Source: the human T2T-CHM13v2.0 reference genome, Homo sapiens. Taken from it: a stretch of DNA of 64,000 bases. Shown here piece by piece: positions 14,244-27,740 of this stretch. The notes under the pieces are model-generated. The model had not been told where the DNA came from. It worked only from the letters and a program-made list of their open reading frames with translations, and searched no databases. Every line of letters begins with the position of its first letter. Position 1 is the first letter of the stretch. The stretch is from assembly GCF_009914755.1 (NCBI RefSeq), contig NC_060929.1. One strand, written 5' to 3'. A program made the position numbers and the translations under genes.

Positions 14244-15637
14244 AGCATCTTGGTTGGAAATACTTGAATTCTAGGACTACTCAGCACAGTAATCCCTTTA
14301 AATATTATGACCTTATACTTTGTTAATAGAACTACTATTAGACATTCATTGGGACCTCTCTTCTAAAATTCACGTCTCTCTATTCTTATAGACATTGGAG
14401 AAGCTTTTATCATTTGGTGATGCAGGTTAAGAGAGTCCCTCAGATTGATAGCAGTTCATTAATACACTCTTCCTCTGTTGTCATACATTGCTTTCTTTCA
14501 TTACTTTGCTCGTTTTAAACGACAATACTTTTTATTTCTAAGATTTTAAAATGTTTTTCATAAGTACATACCTACTGCATTTTGTAACACATCTTTCTTG
14601 CTTCATAACTTCCTCTTCTTGATTCTTGATTATTATTTGGTCTATTATTACTTTCAGTACTTCTAAATAAATTTAATGATCCTTTTGCAAAAATCAAAGA
14701 ACTAAGCACATAATTATACTAAAAAATCTATATATTTGCTATTACTAAAAAATTAGAATTTAAATCAATGATAATAAATAATAAAAACACTATTAGAAAG
14801 ACCTGATTTATAAAAGACCTTGTATTTAAAAAACAAAAAAAAACTATAATTCTAAGAAAAAATTTAAGGACCAGATTTTACCATAAATTACCTATAAGTT
14901 TCAAATAATAAATCCCATTATGTAGTAACCAAAATTATGCAATATATTGGCATCAGTTATGACATAAAAGAATTAATATGATCAGTATATGAAGAGCTAT
15001 ATAAAGAGCCCTTAAAAATCACAAAGGAAAACTTTAACACACCAAAGTATAAAGTCAAAGGTGATACTTAATTCCTGGACCCTCCCAACAAGTAAACTCA
15101 GAATATTCTCAGCTGGCATTTGCCCATGGACACCTGATGTGGACTGACAGATACCATCTTGAGAAGCGCTTTCAAATCACTGCAGGGAAACCCATGCCTG
15201 CTGGAGGGCTGCCCTGTGCCACCAGTTATGTTTAATGCCACCAGGAGTTTCCCCTGGGGACAAGGCCTCAGCCTTTGGGGGTGGAGCCGACCTTCCCTAG
15301 CCAGTCACCTCCTTTCTCAAGCTCTCAAATCCCTCCCATCACTTCTCATTATTATACTGAGGGCAGTGCCCATTTCTCTGTGGCAGAAGGAATGTCCACC
15401 ACATGGCTGGCCAATTCTCACCACCATCTGCCTCCACTTCTCCTCTTCCAGAGAGCAGGAGCAACTTGACTACTGGCAGGTTCCAGCGAGCGGCCTGAGG
15501 TGACCTGCACGCCCCTTTTGGGTTCTCTTTTATGGAGTCCAATTCTCTGCAGAAAGTATATGCTCTCTATTCCTTAGTGGGGTGGGGGCTCTGTCCCTGT
15601 CGGAGAGGCTCATCGTTTTCCACCACAGCCTATAAAG

Positions 15638-15704
15638 GTGTGTGTGTATGTGTGTGTGTGTATATATGTGTGTGTGCATGCGCGTGCATGCGCGTGCATG
15701 CACA
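15638..15704. repeat. Alternating purine-pyrimidine tract, (TG)n/(TA)n/GCATGCGCGT
   Basis: 67 bp of unbroken RY alternation. Confidence 0.9.
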
Positions 15705-16217
15705 GCTCAGTCTTTTGAGATATGTTTGAGTAAGGCCCCATTGCGACCACTCCCTGGCACCTACCCAGGCTGAATAGCCCATGGATGTTCATCTGGAACT
15801 CCAGCTTTCTACAGGTGGACTGGCTGGCTCCTGGCAGCACAGACAAAGACCAGCTTCGGGTAGACAGCATTCTTGGTTGCAACCTCAAAGAGCACAGCCC
15901 TGAAGGCTACAGACTTTGGCACTTGTATGTGGGGTGACTCCATGCATGCGCTAGCCTCACAGGTGCAGGGTTGGCTCATAACCAGTGTGGATCACATGCG
16001 GTCTGGTTACTTACACATGCAAGTCTACTGGGCTGGCCACTGCAGCTGACTTTAGCCCGAACTAGGCAGACATAGCATCTACTGAAGCAGGTGCTGAGCC
16101 AGGAATTACATTATTCGTGAAAAATATTTGTTTCCTAATAAAAGCTCACCTGGACATAGGCAAGGTTTCAGTCACTCTCCAAGCTTTTAGGGTATTGAAG
16201 TTACATTTTTTTTCCCA

Positions 16218-16724
16218 GTCAGTTTTTAACTGTGTCAACTTGAATGGATTAAGAAATATGTAAAAAGCTGGTAAGGCTTTACTTCTGGTGTGTCTGTGAG
16301 GGTGCTCGTGGAGGAAACTGGCCTGTGAGTCGTCGGGAGGAGTGAAGGAGGTCCACCCTCAATGCACGTGGGCACCATCCAATCAATTGGGGGCCTGGAT
16401 AGAGAAAAAAAAAAACCAGGGATAAGTAAGGTGATTTCCTCTTTCTCTCTTCTAGAGCTGGCATGTTCCTTTTCTCCTGCTGTCGAACATCAGAACTCCA
16501 GAGTCTCTGACCTTTGGACTCCAATAATTACACCAGTGGCCCTCCAAAGTTCTCAGGCCTTTGGCCTCATACTGAGAATCACATCAGCCTCCCTAGTTTT
16601 GAGGCCTTTGGACTTGGACCGAGCCAATCTACTGGCACCCCAGGATCTCCAGCTTACAGATGGCCTGCCATGGGACCTGTCAGCCTCCATAATCAAGTGA
16701 GCCAATTCCCCTAATAGCCCCTTC

Positions 16725-16768
<44 letters not shown>

Positions 16769-16915
16769 GTATCCATCTATGTATGTATGTATGTATGTAT
16801 TTATCTATCTATCTTGATCTATCTGTATATCTAGATCTATATTTATCTGCATCTATGTCTGTATCTCTATCTATATCCTATTGCTCTTTCTCTCTGCAAA
16901 ACCTTAACTAGTACA
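16218..16915 (+). mobile_element. ERVL LTR (MLT2B-like) with internal (TATC)n/(TATG)n microsatellite at ~16728-16875
   Basis: tgtgtcaacttga, gggcaccatccaatc, cagcctccataatcaagtgagccaattcccctaat, end accttaactagtaca. Confidence 0.85.
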
Positions 16916-18009
16916 GTCAAGAATGCACATGTGTCTCTCTCTGTCTTCTCTAACTCATAAGATCAGATCTCTTGCCATGAAGCTTATGAATGAGGGCTGG
17001 AATAAACCGCAGGACAGAGAAGAGGTGCCTGGGTCTAGGGGCAGGCTTGCAAGTACTGGCTGGACCTCATTAATTAGTGTTTGTTAATAGAAATCAAAGA
17101 GGACATGAACAGGGGTACACAAATAGAGAGAGATGAGGGAGGCAACTCCTGCAGAGGGCAAGCAGGTGCTGATCTGAAAAACACCTCCCCAGGCCAGAAC
17201 CCCGCAGCAATGGGGACAGCCTGAGCCACGCAGCAAGAGCTGAGCTAAGGCAAATGATTGAGGATGGAGCCTGGGGATCGTTTGAGGGTCAGGGACCTGG
17301 TGTTTTGAACAGTGGCAATGTGTGCAGGGACTGGCGTGCCAGTGAAAGGATCCAGGGAAGACCAGAGGCATCATCAACTCTTCATTCTTCTGACTTCCTT
17401 CAGCTACAAGCTACCATAATTTAGCTCAGCTAAAGCAGATTTCTCCCCAGGAAAGGGCTATCTCCTCTCTTTTCACTGCCTCTCTCTCAACCCAAAATCC
17501 ATCAGACACACATTTCTTTCATGTTGAAGTACAGGATATGCAGAGGAACATACCAAACTCCTACTTTGCACAGGCTTCTAAGGAAACACCTAAACCTGGA
17601 CAGGCTGGGAAGGTGTTATCAAGTCAACTTTAAGATACTTACCTACACAATATGCTTATGGATTTGGGCAGGGCAGAATCATTGTTAACTGCATCCATGC
17701 TATTTTGTACTCTTCGATTTGGTGCCTCATTTGTGGGTGAATCTGGGATGGGCAAGTCTATTATGGAATTGCAAACCTATTATATTGTAGGACTCTGAGC
17801 CCCAAGCATACTGGTACTTGTATCAGAAACCAGAGATGGTTCCCAGAAATAGAAGCAGACAGTGAATGGGGGAGAAGTTGCTGATTAAGTGCAGGAGCAC
17901 CCTAACTGTCACCACTTCAAAACACCAAAGCATCTCAAAGAGCAGAAACTCTCCACATCATAGCTGTGGAGGCGGCCAGACTCCCCTTAATTATTATGGA
18001 TACATAATT

Positions 18010-19186
18010 ATTATACATATTTATGGCTTACATGTGTCATTATGATACAAGCATACAATGTGTAGTGATCAAATAACGGTAATTGGGGTATCCATAACCT
18101 TAAGCATTTATCAGTTCTTTGTGTTAGGAACATACTAATTCCACTTTTCTGGTTATTGTGAAGTACACAATAAATCGTTGCTAACTATGTTGGTCCTATT
18201 GTGCTACCAAACACAACTTATTCCTTCTATCTGACTGTATTTTTATGCCCATTAACCATCTCTTTTTTATCTCCTTCTCCCCTTCACTCTCCTTCCCAGT
18301 CTCTGGCAACCATCATTTACTCTCTGCCTACAGGAGTTCAGTTTTTTTGGTTCCCACATATTAGTGAGAACATGTGATATTTGTCTTTCTGTGCCTGCCT
18401 GGCTTATTTAACTTAATGTTACGACCTCCAGTTCCATCCATGTTGCCATGAATGACAGGATTTCATTCTTTTTCGTGGCTGAACAGCATTCCATAGTGTA
18501 TATACACCACATTGTCTTTACCCATTCATCTGTTGATAGACACTTAGGTTGCTTTCATATCTTGACTATTGTAAATAATACTGCAATGAACATGCAAAGG
18601 CAGATATCTCTTTGATATGCTGATTTCCTTTCTTTTGGATATATGCCCAGCAGTGAGATTGCTGGATCATATGATAGTTCTATTTTCAATTTGTTGAGGA
18701 ACCTCCATATTATTGTCCATAGTTTTTGTACTAATTTACATTCCCACCAACAACGTTGAAGAGGTCTCTTTTCCCTCTATCCTCACCAGCATCCATGATT
18801 GCCTATATTTTTGATAAAAGCCATTTTAGCTGGAGTAAGATGATACCTCATGGTAATTTTGACTTGCATTTCTCTGATGATTATTGATGCTGAGCATTTT
18901 TTTGTATACCTGTTGGCCATTTGTATATCTTCTTTTGAGAAATGTCTGTTCAAGTCTTTTACCCATTTTTAAATTGTATCATTTGGGGTTTTTCTACTAC
19001 AGAATTGATTGAGCTCCTTATACAGTCTGGTTATTAATCCCTTGTTAGATGGATAGTTTGAAAATATTTTCTCCCAATCTGTGGGTTGTCTCTTCACTTT
19101 GTTGATTGTTTTCTTTGCTGTGCAGAAGCTTTTTAGCTTTATGTGAGCCTATTTATCCATTTTTACTTTTGTCGCCTGTGCTTTTG
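18010..19186 (-). mobile_element. L1MA (L1MA2/3-like) 3' end
   Basis: Antisense L1MA 3'UTR (catacaatgtgtagtgatcaaat...) followed by ORF2 3' sequence. Confidence 0.85.
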
Positions 19187-21437
19187 TCCTGAATACAGCA
19201 CACCAATGGGTCTTGAGTCTTTATCCAATTTGCCAGTCTGTGTCTTTTAATTGGGGCATTTAGCCTGTTTACATTTAAGGTTAATGTTTTTATGTGTGAA
19301 TTTGATCCTGTCGTTATGATGCTAGCTGGTTATTTTGCCCGTTAATTGATGCAGTTTCTTTATAGCATCGATGGTCTTTACAATTTGGCTTGTTTTTGCT
19401 GTGGCTGGTACTGGTTGTTCCTATCCATGTTTAGTGCTTCCTTCAGGAGCTCTTGTAAGGCAGGCCTGGTGGTGATAAAATATCTCAGCATTTGCTTGTC
19501 TGTAAAGGATTTTATTTCTCCTTCACTTACGAAGCTTAGTTTGGCTAGATATGAAATTTTGGGTTGAAAATTCTTTTCTTTAAGATTGTTGAATATTGGA
19601 CCCCACTCAATTCTGGCTTGTAGGGTTTCTGCCAAGAGATCTGCTATTATTCTGACGGGCTTCCCTTTGTGGGTAACCTGACCTTTCTCTCTGGCTGCCT
19701 TTAACATTTTTTTCCTTAATTTCAACTTGGTGAATCTGACAATTATGTGTCCTGAGGTTGCTCTTCTCGAGAAGTATCTTTGTGGTGTTCTCTGTGTTTC
19801 CTAAATTTGAATGCTGGCCTGCCTTGCTAGGTTGGAGAAGTTCTCCTGGAGAATATCCTGAAGAGTGTTTTCTTACTTAGTTCTATTCGCCCCCTCACTT
19901 TCAAGGACACCAATCAAACAAAGATTTGGTCTTTTCATATAGTCCCATATTTCTTAGAGGCTTTGTTTGTTTCTTTTCCCTCCTTTTTCTCTAATCTTGT
20001 CTTCTCACTTTATTTCATTAATGTGATGTTCAATCACTAATATCCTTTCTTCCACTTGATCAAATCGGCTATTGAAGCTTGTGTATGCTTCATGAAGTTC
20101 TCGTAGTGTGGTTTTCAGCTCCATCAGGTCATTTAAGCTCTTCTCTACACTGGTTATTCTAGTTAGCCATTCGTCTAACCTTTTTTCAAGGTTTTTAGCT
20201 TCCTTGCGATGGGTTAGAATATGCTCCTTTAGCTTGGAGAATTTTGTTATTACTGACTTTCTGAAGCCTACTTCTGTCAACTCTTCAAACTCATTCTCCA
20301 TCCAGTTTTGTTTCCTTGCTGGTGAGGAGTTGCATTCCTTGGAGAAGAGGCGTTCTGGTTTTTAGAATTTTCAGCCTTTCTGCTCTGGTTTCTCCCATTC
20401 ATTTTGGTTTCATCTACCTTTAGTCTTTGATGTTGGTGACCTACGGATGGCATTTTGGTGTAGATGTTCTTTTTGTTGATGCTGATGCTATTCCTTTCTG
20501 TTTGTTAGTTTTCCTTCTAACAGACAGGCCCCTCAGCTGCAGGTCTGTTGGAGTTTGCTGGAGGTCCACTCCAGACCCTGTTTGCCTGGGTATCACCAGC
20601 AGTGGCTGCAGAACAGCAAATATTGCTGCCTGATCCTTTCTCTGGAAGCTTTGTCCCAGAAGGGCACCCACCTGTATGAGGTGTCTGTTGGCCCCTACTG
20701 GGAGATGCCTCCCAGTCAGGCTGCATGGGGATCAGGGACCCACTTGAGGAGGCAGTCTGTCCATTATGGGAGCTCAAACGCCATGCTAGGAGAGCCACTG
20801 CTCTCTTCAGAGCTGTCAGGCAGGGACGTTTAAATCTGGAGAAGCTGTCTGCTGCCTTTTGTTCAGATATGCCCTGTCCCTAGAGGTGGAATCTAGAGAG
20901 ACAGTAGCCATTGCTGAGCTGCAGTGGGCTCTGCCCAGTTTGAGCTTCCCTGCTGCTTTGTTTACACTGTGAGCATAGAACCGCCTACTCAAGCCTCAGC
21001 AATGGTGGACGCCCCTCCCCCTACCAAGCTCCCGCATCCCAGGTCGATGTCAGAATGCTGTGCTAGCAGAGAGCATGGCTCCTTGGGTATGGGACCCACA
21101 TAGCCAGGCACAGGAGGGGATCTCCTGGTCTCCTGGTTGCAAAGACCATGGGAAAAGCAGAGTATTTGGGCAGGAGTGTACCACTCCTCCAGGTAGACAC
21201 ACACGGCTTCCCTTGGCTGGGAAAGAGAAATCCCTGACCCTTGTGCTTCCCAGGTGAGGTGACACCCTGCCTTGCTTTGGGTCACCCTTGGTGGGCTGCA
21301 CCCACAGTCCAACCAGTCCCAGTAAGATGAACCAGGTACCTCAGTTGGAAATGCAGAAATCATCCATCTTCTCTGTCAGTCTTGCTGGGAACTGTAGACC
21401 GAAGCTGTTCCTATTTGACCATCTTGGAAACACCCAG
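19187..21437 (-). mobile_element. L1PA (L1PA7/8-like) 5'UTR + ORF1 + start of ORF2, 3'-truncated
   Basis: Minus ORFs 19378-19725 and 20005-20301 translate as L1 ORF1p; L1 5' end at ~21430. Confidence 0.92.
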
Positions 21438-24400
21438 ATTTTTCTAATTCTGTAAAAAATAATATTTTATATTCTTATAAGGGTAGCATTGGATCTGTAT
21501 ATTGCTTTGGGCAGTATGACCATTTTAACAATGTTGATTCTTCCAATCCATGAGCATGGAATATTTTTCCATTTGTTTGTGTCATCTCTGATTTCTTTCA
21601 GTAGTGTTTTGTAGTTCTCCTTGTGAGAAGTCTTTCACCTTATTGGTTAGATGAATTCCTAGGTATTCTATTTTTATGTGGCTGTTGTAAATGAAACTGT
21701 GTTCCTGATTTGGTTCTCACACAGACTGTTATTAGCATATTGAAAAGCTACTGATTTTGTACATTAATTTGCATCTTGAACCTTTACTGAATTCCTTCAT
21801 AAGTTCCAGGAGCCTTTTGTTGGAGTCTATGGGGTTTTCTATGTATAGAATCATATCATCAGCAAAAAGAGAGAGTTCAACTTCTTCTTTTCCTATTTGG
21901 ATGCCTTTTACTTCTGTCTCTTGCCTGATCACACTGGCTAGGACTTCCAGTACTGTTTTGAATAAGAGAAGTAGGAGTGGGTATCTCTGTCTTGTAGCAA
22001 TTTTCTAGGGGAATAATTCCAGCTTTTTTCTGTTCAGTACGACATTGGCTGTGGGTTTGTCATAGATGTCTCTTATTATTTTGAGATATGTTTCCTTGAT
22101 GCTTAGTCTGTTGAGGGTTTTTATCATAAAAGAATGTTGGATTTTATTGAAGGCTTTTTCCGCATTTATTAAGATGATCATATGGTCTTTGTTTTTTATT
22201 GTGTTTATGTGGTGAATCACATTTATTGATTTTCATGTTGAACCAATCTTGCATCTCAGGAATAAAGCCTACTTGATCAAGGTGAATTAACTTTTTGATG
22301 TGCTCCAGGATGCTAGTATTTTGTTAAGGATTTTTGTGTCTATAATCATCAGGGGTATTGGCCAAATGTTTTCTTTAATCATTGTTTCTCTGCCAGATTT
22401 TGATATCAGGATGATGCTGGCTTCATAGATTGAGTCAGGGAGAAGTCCCTCTTCCTTGATTTTTTTTTGGAATAGTTTCAGTAAGATTGGTATCAGTTCT
22501 TCTTTGTATGTCTGGTAGAATTTGGCTGTAAATCCATTATATTAGTCCATTCTCATGCTGCTATGAAAAAATACCTAAGACTGGGTAATTTATAAAGAAA
22601 AGAAGTTTAATTGACTCACAGTTCTGCATGACTGGAGAGGTCTCAGGAAACTTACAATCATGGCAGAAGGCACCTCTTCACAGGGTGGCAAGAGAGAGAA
22701 TGAGTGTCAAGCAAAGGGGGAAGCCCCTTAAAAACCATCAGATCTTGCAAGAACTCATGAGAACAGTATGAGGGAAACCACCCCTGATTTAGTCATCTCC
22801 ATCTGGTCCTGCCCTTGACATGTGGGGATTATTACAATTCAGGAGAGATATGGGTGGGGACACAGAGCCAAACCACATCATTTATCTGTTCCAGGGCTCC
22901 TTTTGGGTGATACAGTTTTATTTTTTATTACTGATTCAATTTCAAACTTGTTATTGGTCTATTCAGATTTTCACTTTCCACCTGGTTCAAAATTGGGAGT
23001 TTGTGTGTTTCCAGAAATTTATCCATTTCCTCTCAATTTCTTAATATGTGTGCATAGAGTTGTCTTACTAGTCTCTGAGGATCTTTTGCATTTCTGTGGG
23101 ATTGGTTGTAATGTCTTCTTTGTCATTTTTTATTGCATCTACTTGGATCTTCTCATTTTTTGTTCTGTTAATCTAGTTAGCCGTCTATGAATCTTGTTTA
23201 TTGTTTTGAAAAACCAACTCTTGGTTTCATTGACCTTTTATATGGACTTCGGGGTCTCAATTTGTGTAAGTTATTATCTGATCTTTGTTATTTGTTTTCT
23301 TCTACCAGCTTTGTGGTTGGATTGCTCTTTTTTTCTTCTTATTCTAGGTGCAATGTTAGATCATCAATATGAGATCTTTCTAACCTCTTCAGGCAGACAT
23401 TTAGCACTATAAATTTTCCTCTTAATGCTGCTTTAGTTGCATCTCAAAGATTTTATGGTGTCTCTATTTTCATTAATTTCAAATAATTTTTTGATTTTTG
23501 CCTTTATTTCGTTGTTCACCCAAGAGTTATTCAGAAACAAGTTGTTTAATTTTCACATTTTTGTGTATTTTTGAAAGATCTTGGTATTGATTTGTATGTT
23601 TATTGCACTGTGGTCTAAAAGTGTCTTTGGTATGAGTTCACCTTTTTTTAAATTTATTGAGACTTGCTTTATGGCAAGCTTGTGATTGATCTTAGAATAT
23701 TCTCTGTGTGTAGATTAAAAGAACGTATCTTCTATGGTTGTTAAATTGAGTATTCTGTAGATTTCTATTCAGTCCAATTGGTCAAGTACTGAGTTTAAAT
23801 TCATAATTTCTTTGTTAGTTTTCTGCCTCAATAATTTGTCTAGTGCTGTCAGTGGGGTGTTGAAGTTCCCCATTATTATTCTGTTGCCATTTAAGTCTTT
23901 TCATAGGTCAAGAAAAACTTGTTTTATTAATCTGGGTGCTTTAGTGTTAGGTGCATATATATTTATGATAGTTACGTCTTGTTTAATTGAATCCTTTATC
24001 ATTATGTAATGCCCTTCTTTATCCTTCCTGATTGTTTTTTGTTTGTTTGTTTAAAGTCTGTTTTATTAGATATAAGAATAGTGACACTTCTGCTTTATTT
24101 TCTATTTGCATGGTAAATCTTTCTGTAGTTTTGTTTATTTGTTTGTTTTGTTTCGGTTTGGTTTTTTTTTTTTTTCTGTTTACTTTGAGCTTGTGGGTGT
24201 TATCACAAAGTGAGATGTGTTTCTTGAAGACAGCAGAGGGCTGGGACTTTTTATCCAGTTTGCCGCTCTGTGCCTTTTAAGTGGGGACATTTAGACCATT
24301 TACATTAAGGTTTAACATTGATATACATGATTTTGATCCTGTCATTATGTTGTTGGCTGTTTGTTTTGTAGACTTGATTGTGTAGTTTCTTTATATTTTA

Positions 24401-26600
24401 TTTGGGCTATGTGCTTGATTGTGTTTTTTTCTGGTAGCAGGTTTCAAACTTTTATTTCCATGTTTAGCACTACCTTAAGGATCTCTTGTAAGGCTGGTCT
24501 GGTAGTAACAAAATCCCTTAGTTCTTGCTTATCTGAGAAGGATTTTATTTCTCCTTTGCTTATGAATCTTAGTTTGGCAAGATATGAGATTCTTGGTTGG
24601 AGTTTCTTTTCTGTAGGAATGCTGAAAATAGGCCCACAGTCTCTTTTGGCTGGTAAGGTTTCTTATAATAAGTCTGCTGTTAGTCTGATGGGCTTCCCTT
24701 TGTAGGTAACCTAATCTTTTTCTCTAGCTGCCTTTATGATGTTTTCTTTTGCATTGACCTTGGTAATTCTGATGAATCTATGCCTTGGTGGATCTCATGA
24801 TCATCTTGTAGCTTGCAAGGGTTATTTTGTAGTTTTTGAATTTTTATGTCCTCCTCTCTACCAAGATTGGGAAAATTTTCATGGACTATATCCTCAAATA
24901 TGTTTTCCAATTTTCTATACTCTCTCTCCTTCTCTTTCAGGAATACCAATGAGTTATAGATTTGGTTTCTTTACATAATTCTATATTTTTGGAGGTTTTG
25001 TTCATTTTTTGAAATTATCTTCATTTTTGTCTAACTGAGTTGATCAGAAGAACCAATTTTCAAGCTCTGAGATTGTTTCCCCAACTTGATCTATTGGGTT
25101 TCAATTTTCTGCTAACTCCTGGTGATCTTCCTTCCCATTTAGATTCTGAATTCCACATCTGCCATTTCAATCATCTCCATCTCGTTAACAACCTTCCCTG
25201 GGGGCCTAGTGTATTTGTTTGGAGGTAAAGAGCCACACTGGCTTTTGAGTTGGTAGAGTTCTTGCACTAATTCTTTCTCATCTATGAGGGCTGGTGCTCC
25301 TTTAACTGTGGTATAAGTTGAGTATAGTCAGTTGGCTTTATTTCTGGGTATTTGTAGAAGGTCAAGACTGTGCAGAATCTTTATCTGTGGCTGGATTTTT
25401 TTCTTAGTTTTCACAGGCACTGTATACTGGCAGCATATTTTGGTGTTGTATTGTGGGCTTCAATCCAGTCGGTGGCACTTAAGAGTATTGGCCAGCAGAT
25501 AGGCTCTTAGCCTTTTGGCGCAGTTGGCAGAAGTGTTCTGTGGTAGGGGAAAGAGAGATTATCCCCCTCACATGGTCTGCTTCTGGGCTTTGAAAGAGCT
25601 ACAACCAGTCACTGGCTCTGCACCCATATTTTCTTTGTTAGGTGCTCTGGTCCATGGGGATCCTTCAGGCAGAAGCCATGGTTGGCAGACAGGCCATGCC
25701 CTTTCCAGGCTGGTTCTGCAGAGGGAGGTATGCCCCAACCTCCACCAATCCACAAACCCAGGTGTCTCACCTCTCTCAGTGTTCTGAGAGTGAGGGCTCC
25801 CCTCCTGCTTGGGTGCCACCCAAGCCAGTGAGTCCTGACTGGCTAGGAGCAATGAGGGTGGGTGGAATCATCTGTTCCACCATCTGACATCCAAGTGCTT
25901 CCTGGGAGAACATGGGGCTGTGCCCACCTGCAGAGTTCAGGCAGAAGTGGGTCCACTGTGCTGGAAGTCCCAGCAGGCATGACCCATTCAACTAGGAGTG
26001 GGGAGGGTGGGTAGAGTTGTCCGCTCTGCTCTCCGGTTCTTTCTAGGGAAACACAGGGCTGCACTTACCACAAAATTCAGGCAGAAGCAGGACCAGTTTC
26101 CTGGAAGCTGTCATTGAGCCTTGTCTAGTGAGGGTTTGTGGAGCAATCTTACTGCTTCCAGGCACTGTCACTGTGGCCTCTATGGGAGCTATGGCACTGG
26201 CACCAGGCTTCTCCAGATCCCAAGGCCCATGTGGGGCCCCATAGACATGAGTGTTGCCTCCACAAATCTGCAAGCACTTTCTTTATTGGTCTAGAGGCGA
26301 AGAGGTTTAGAGGGAGTCTCTCATTCTCAGCATTTCACAGGCCCTTGTGGAAAGTTTGGATCCCGTGGGGGCTCTCACTCATTCACCCTTTCCCCATGTT
26401 GAGGAGCTTCTCCTGGCTCCATACCAATCCCAGATAGGCAGCTACTCAGCTTCATTCTTCTCTGTTCTCCCCTCACTCTTTTGATGGATCCCCATATGGT
26501 TTCTTAGATAATCAGCTTCCAGGATCAGTGTTTACTCATCACTTTGTCCCCTCTCTTTAACAGTGGTGATCAGGAGCTGCCTCTGCTCTATCATCTTGAG
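21438..26600 (-). mobile_element. Older L1 (L1PB/L1MA-like): ORF2 5' two-thirds, ORF1 and 5'UTR
   Basis: RT motif LFADDMILY (21732-21932), MIHHIN..KDHMII (22005-22220), ORF1 remnant ENFPNL (24734-24949), GC-richer 5'UTR ending ...tcatcttg. Confidence 0.9.
22538..22880 (-). mobile_element. THE1D/MSTA-like MaLR LTR nested in L1 ORF2
   Basis: tattagtccattctcatgctgct...gggtggggacacagagccaaaccacatca; degenerate TSD tccat/tttat. Confidence 0.9.
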
Positions 26601-27107
26601 TCTTTAAGCTGATCCTTACTCCACTCTAACAAAAGACTACAGCTGAATGAGAATGAGTTCACTGTGTTCTTTGAGAGTTAATTCTAGCATATCTGAAATT
26701 GACCTAACCTACATGGTCCTGACAATGGACAAGGCATGCTCCTCTGGTGCTTTGATTGCCCTTCGCTCTTAGCACCTGCCTCTGTGCGTGCTCGTGCCAC
26801 CCCAGCCTTTTAACCACTCCTGTCCCGTGGCTTTGCTGTGCTGCTCTGTGTTGATCTGTTGTTCCTCCGGCCCAGCTCTGTTCACTGGCAGTGCCAGACT
26901 CCTTGCCAAGTGCCTATTGAGGTATGAAAGCCCACTTAGGCCTCCCCTTGTTTAGTTCCTTCCCTGGAACCTGATTAACCCTTCTTCACTTCTAGTCATC
27001 CCATCCTAAAGAATGAAAAAGGTGCAGCCCAAATAATTTAAAAATATGTCGGCATACATTGAATTGAAAGGCTTAAACATCTCCTTGAAGTCTGGCTATT
27101 TGGTAAA

Positions 27108-27109
27108 GA

Positions 27110-27144
<35 letters not shown>

Positions 27145-27145
27145 A
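27108..27145. repeat. (TAAA)n microsatellite
   Basis: About 9 tetramer copies. Confidence 0.9.
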
Positions 27146-27524
27146 GGCTTAAACTTTCTTCATATCCTAAAATATAAAGGTCTAAATTCTCTTCTACTCT
27201 GTGCTGACTGCTGAGGGAAGGAATGAGAGAAGGGGTACAGAGATTGAATGTCCATGGTTAATAAGCATTCCACTGGCAATTGAGGGCTTTCTATGCCAGC
27301 CACAGTGTTTCTGGGCAGAAAAAATAAGGTCATTCTTTCAACAATTTGCACCACTAAAATACATAGTGAGAGCTCCTACTTTTTGCCTATCATGAAAGCA
27401 GAGTTTGAAGTTTTTGAGGACAGGCTGGAGGATATCAGCTCTTCTATTACTGTTCCAGGAAAATAATAGCCATGGATTTTTTTGAATATCATAAAAGGCA
27501 AAAAGGAAACTTGTATGTAGACCC

Positions 27525-27740
27525 ATTCCATCATCCAGGCAACTAACAGGTATTCAACCTCACCACGTGCTGGGCACTCTCTGAGTACAAGAGATACAGC
27601 AGTGATCAAGACATTCTAGGGGGAATGCAAATGATCAACAGGGCACTGAACAATTATGTTATGTGATTCCAGGCAGTAGAAGAGTGATAAAGAACATAAA
27701 CTAGAGTGAGGGGATAGGGAGTGATTATCTCCTCTGAGAA
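27525..27740 (-). mobile_element. L2 3' fragment
   Basis: gtgctgggcact...gagatacagcagtgatcaagaca antisense L2 motif. Confidence 0.55.

Larger units (their letters stand above)
12099..15073 (+). repeat. Diverged ~380-bp direct duplication (12099-12477 and 14689-15073)
   Basis: Long shared blocks such as atttaaggaccagattttaccataa, aaattatgcaatatattggcatca, aatatgatcagtatat. Confidence 0.92.

Noticed and set aside
18010-26600. Possible retrotransposition-competent L1
   Set aside because: ORF1 and ORF2 are broken by stops, frameshifts, deletions and nested insertions.
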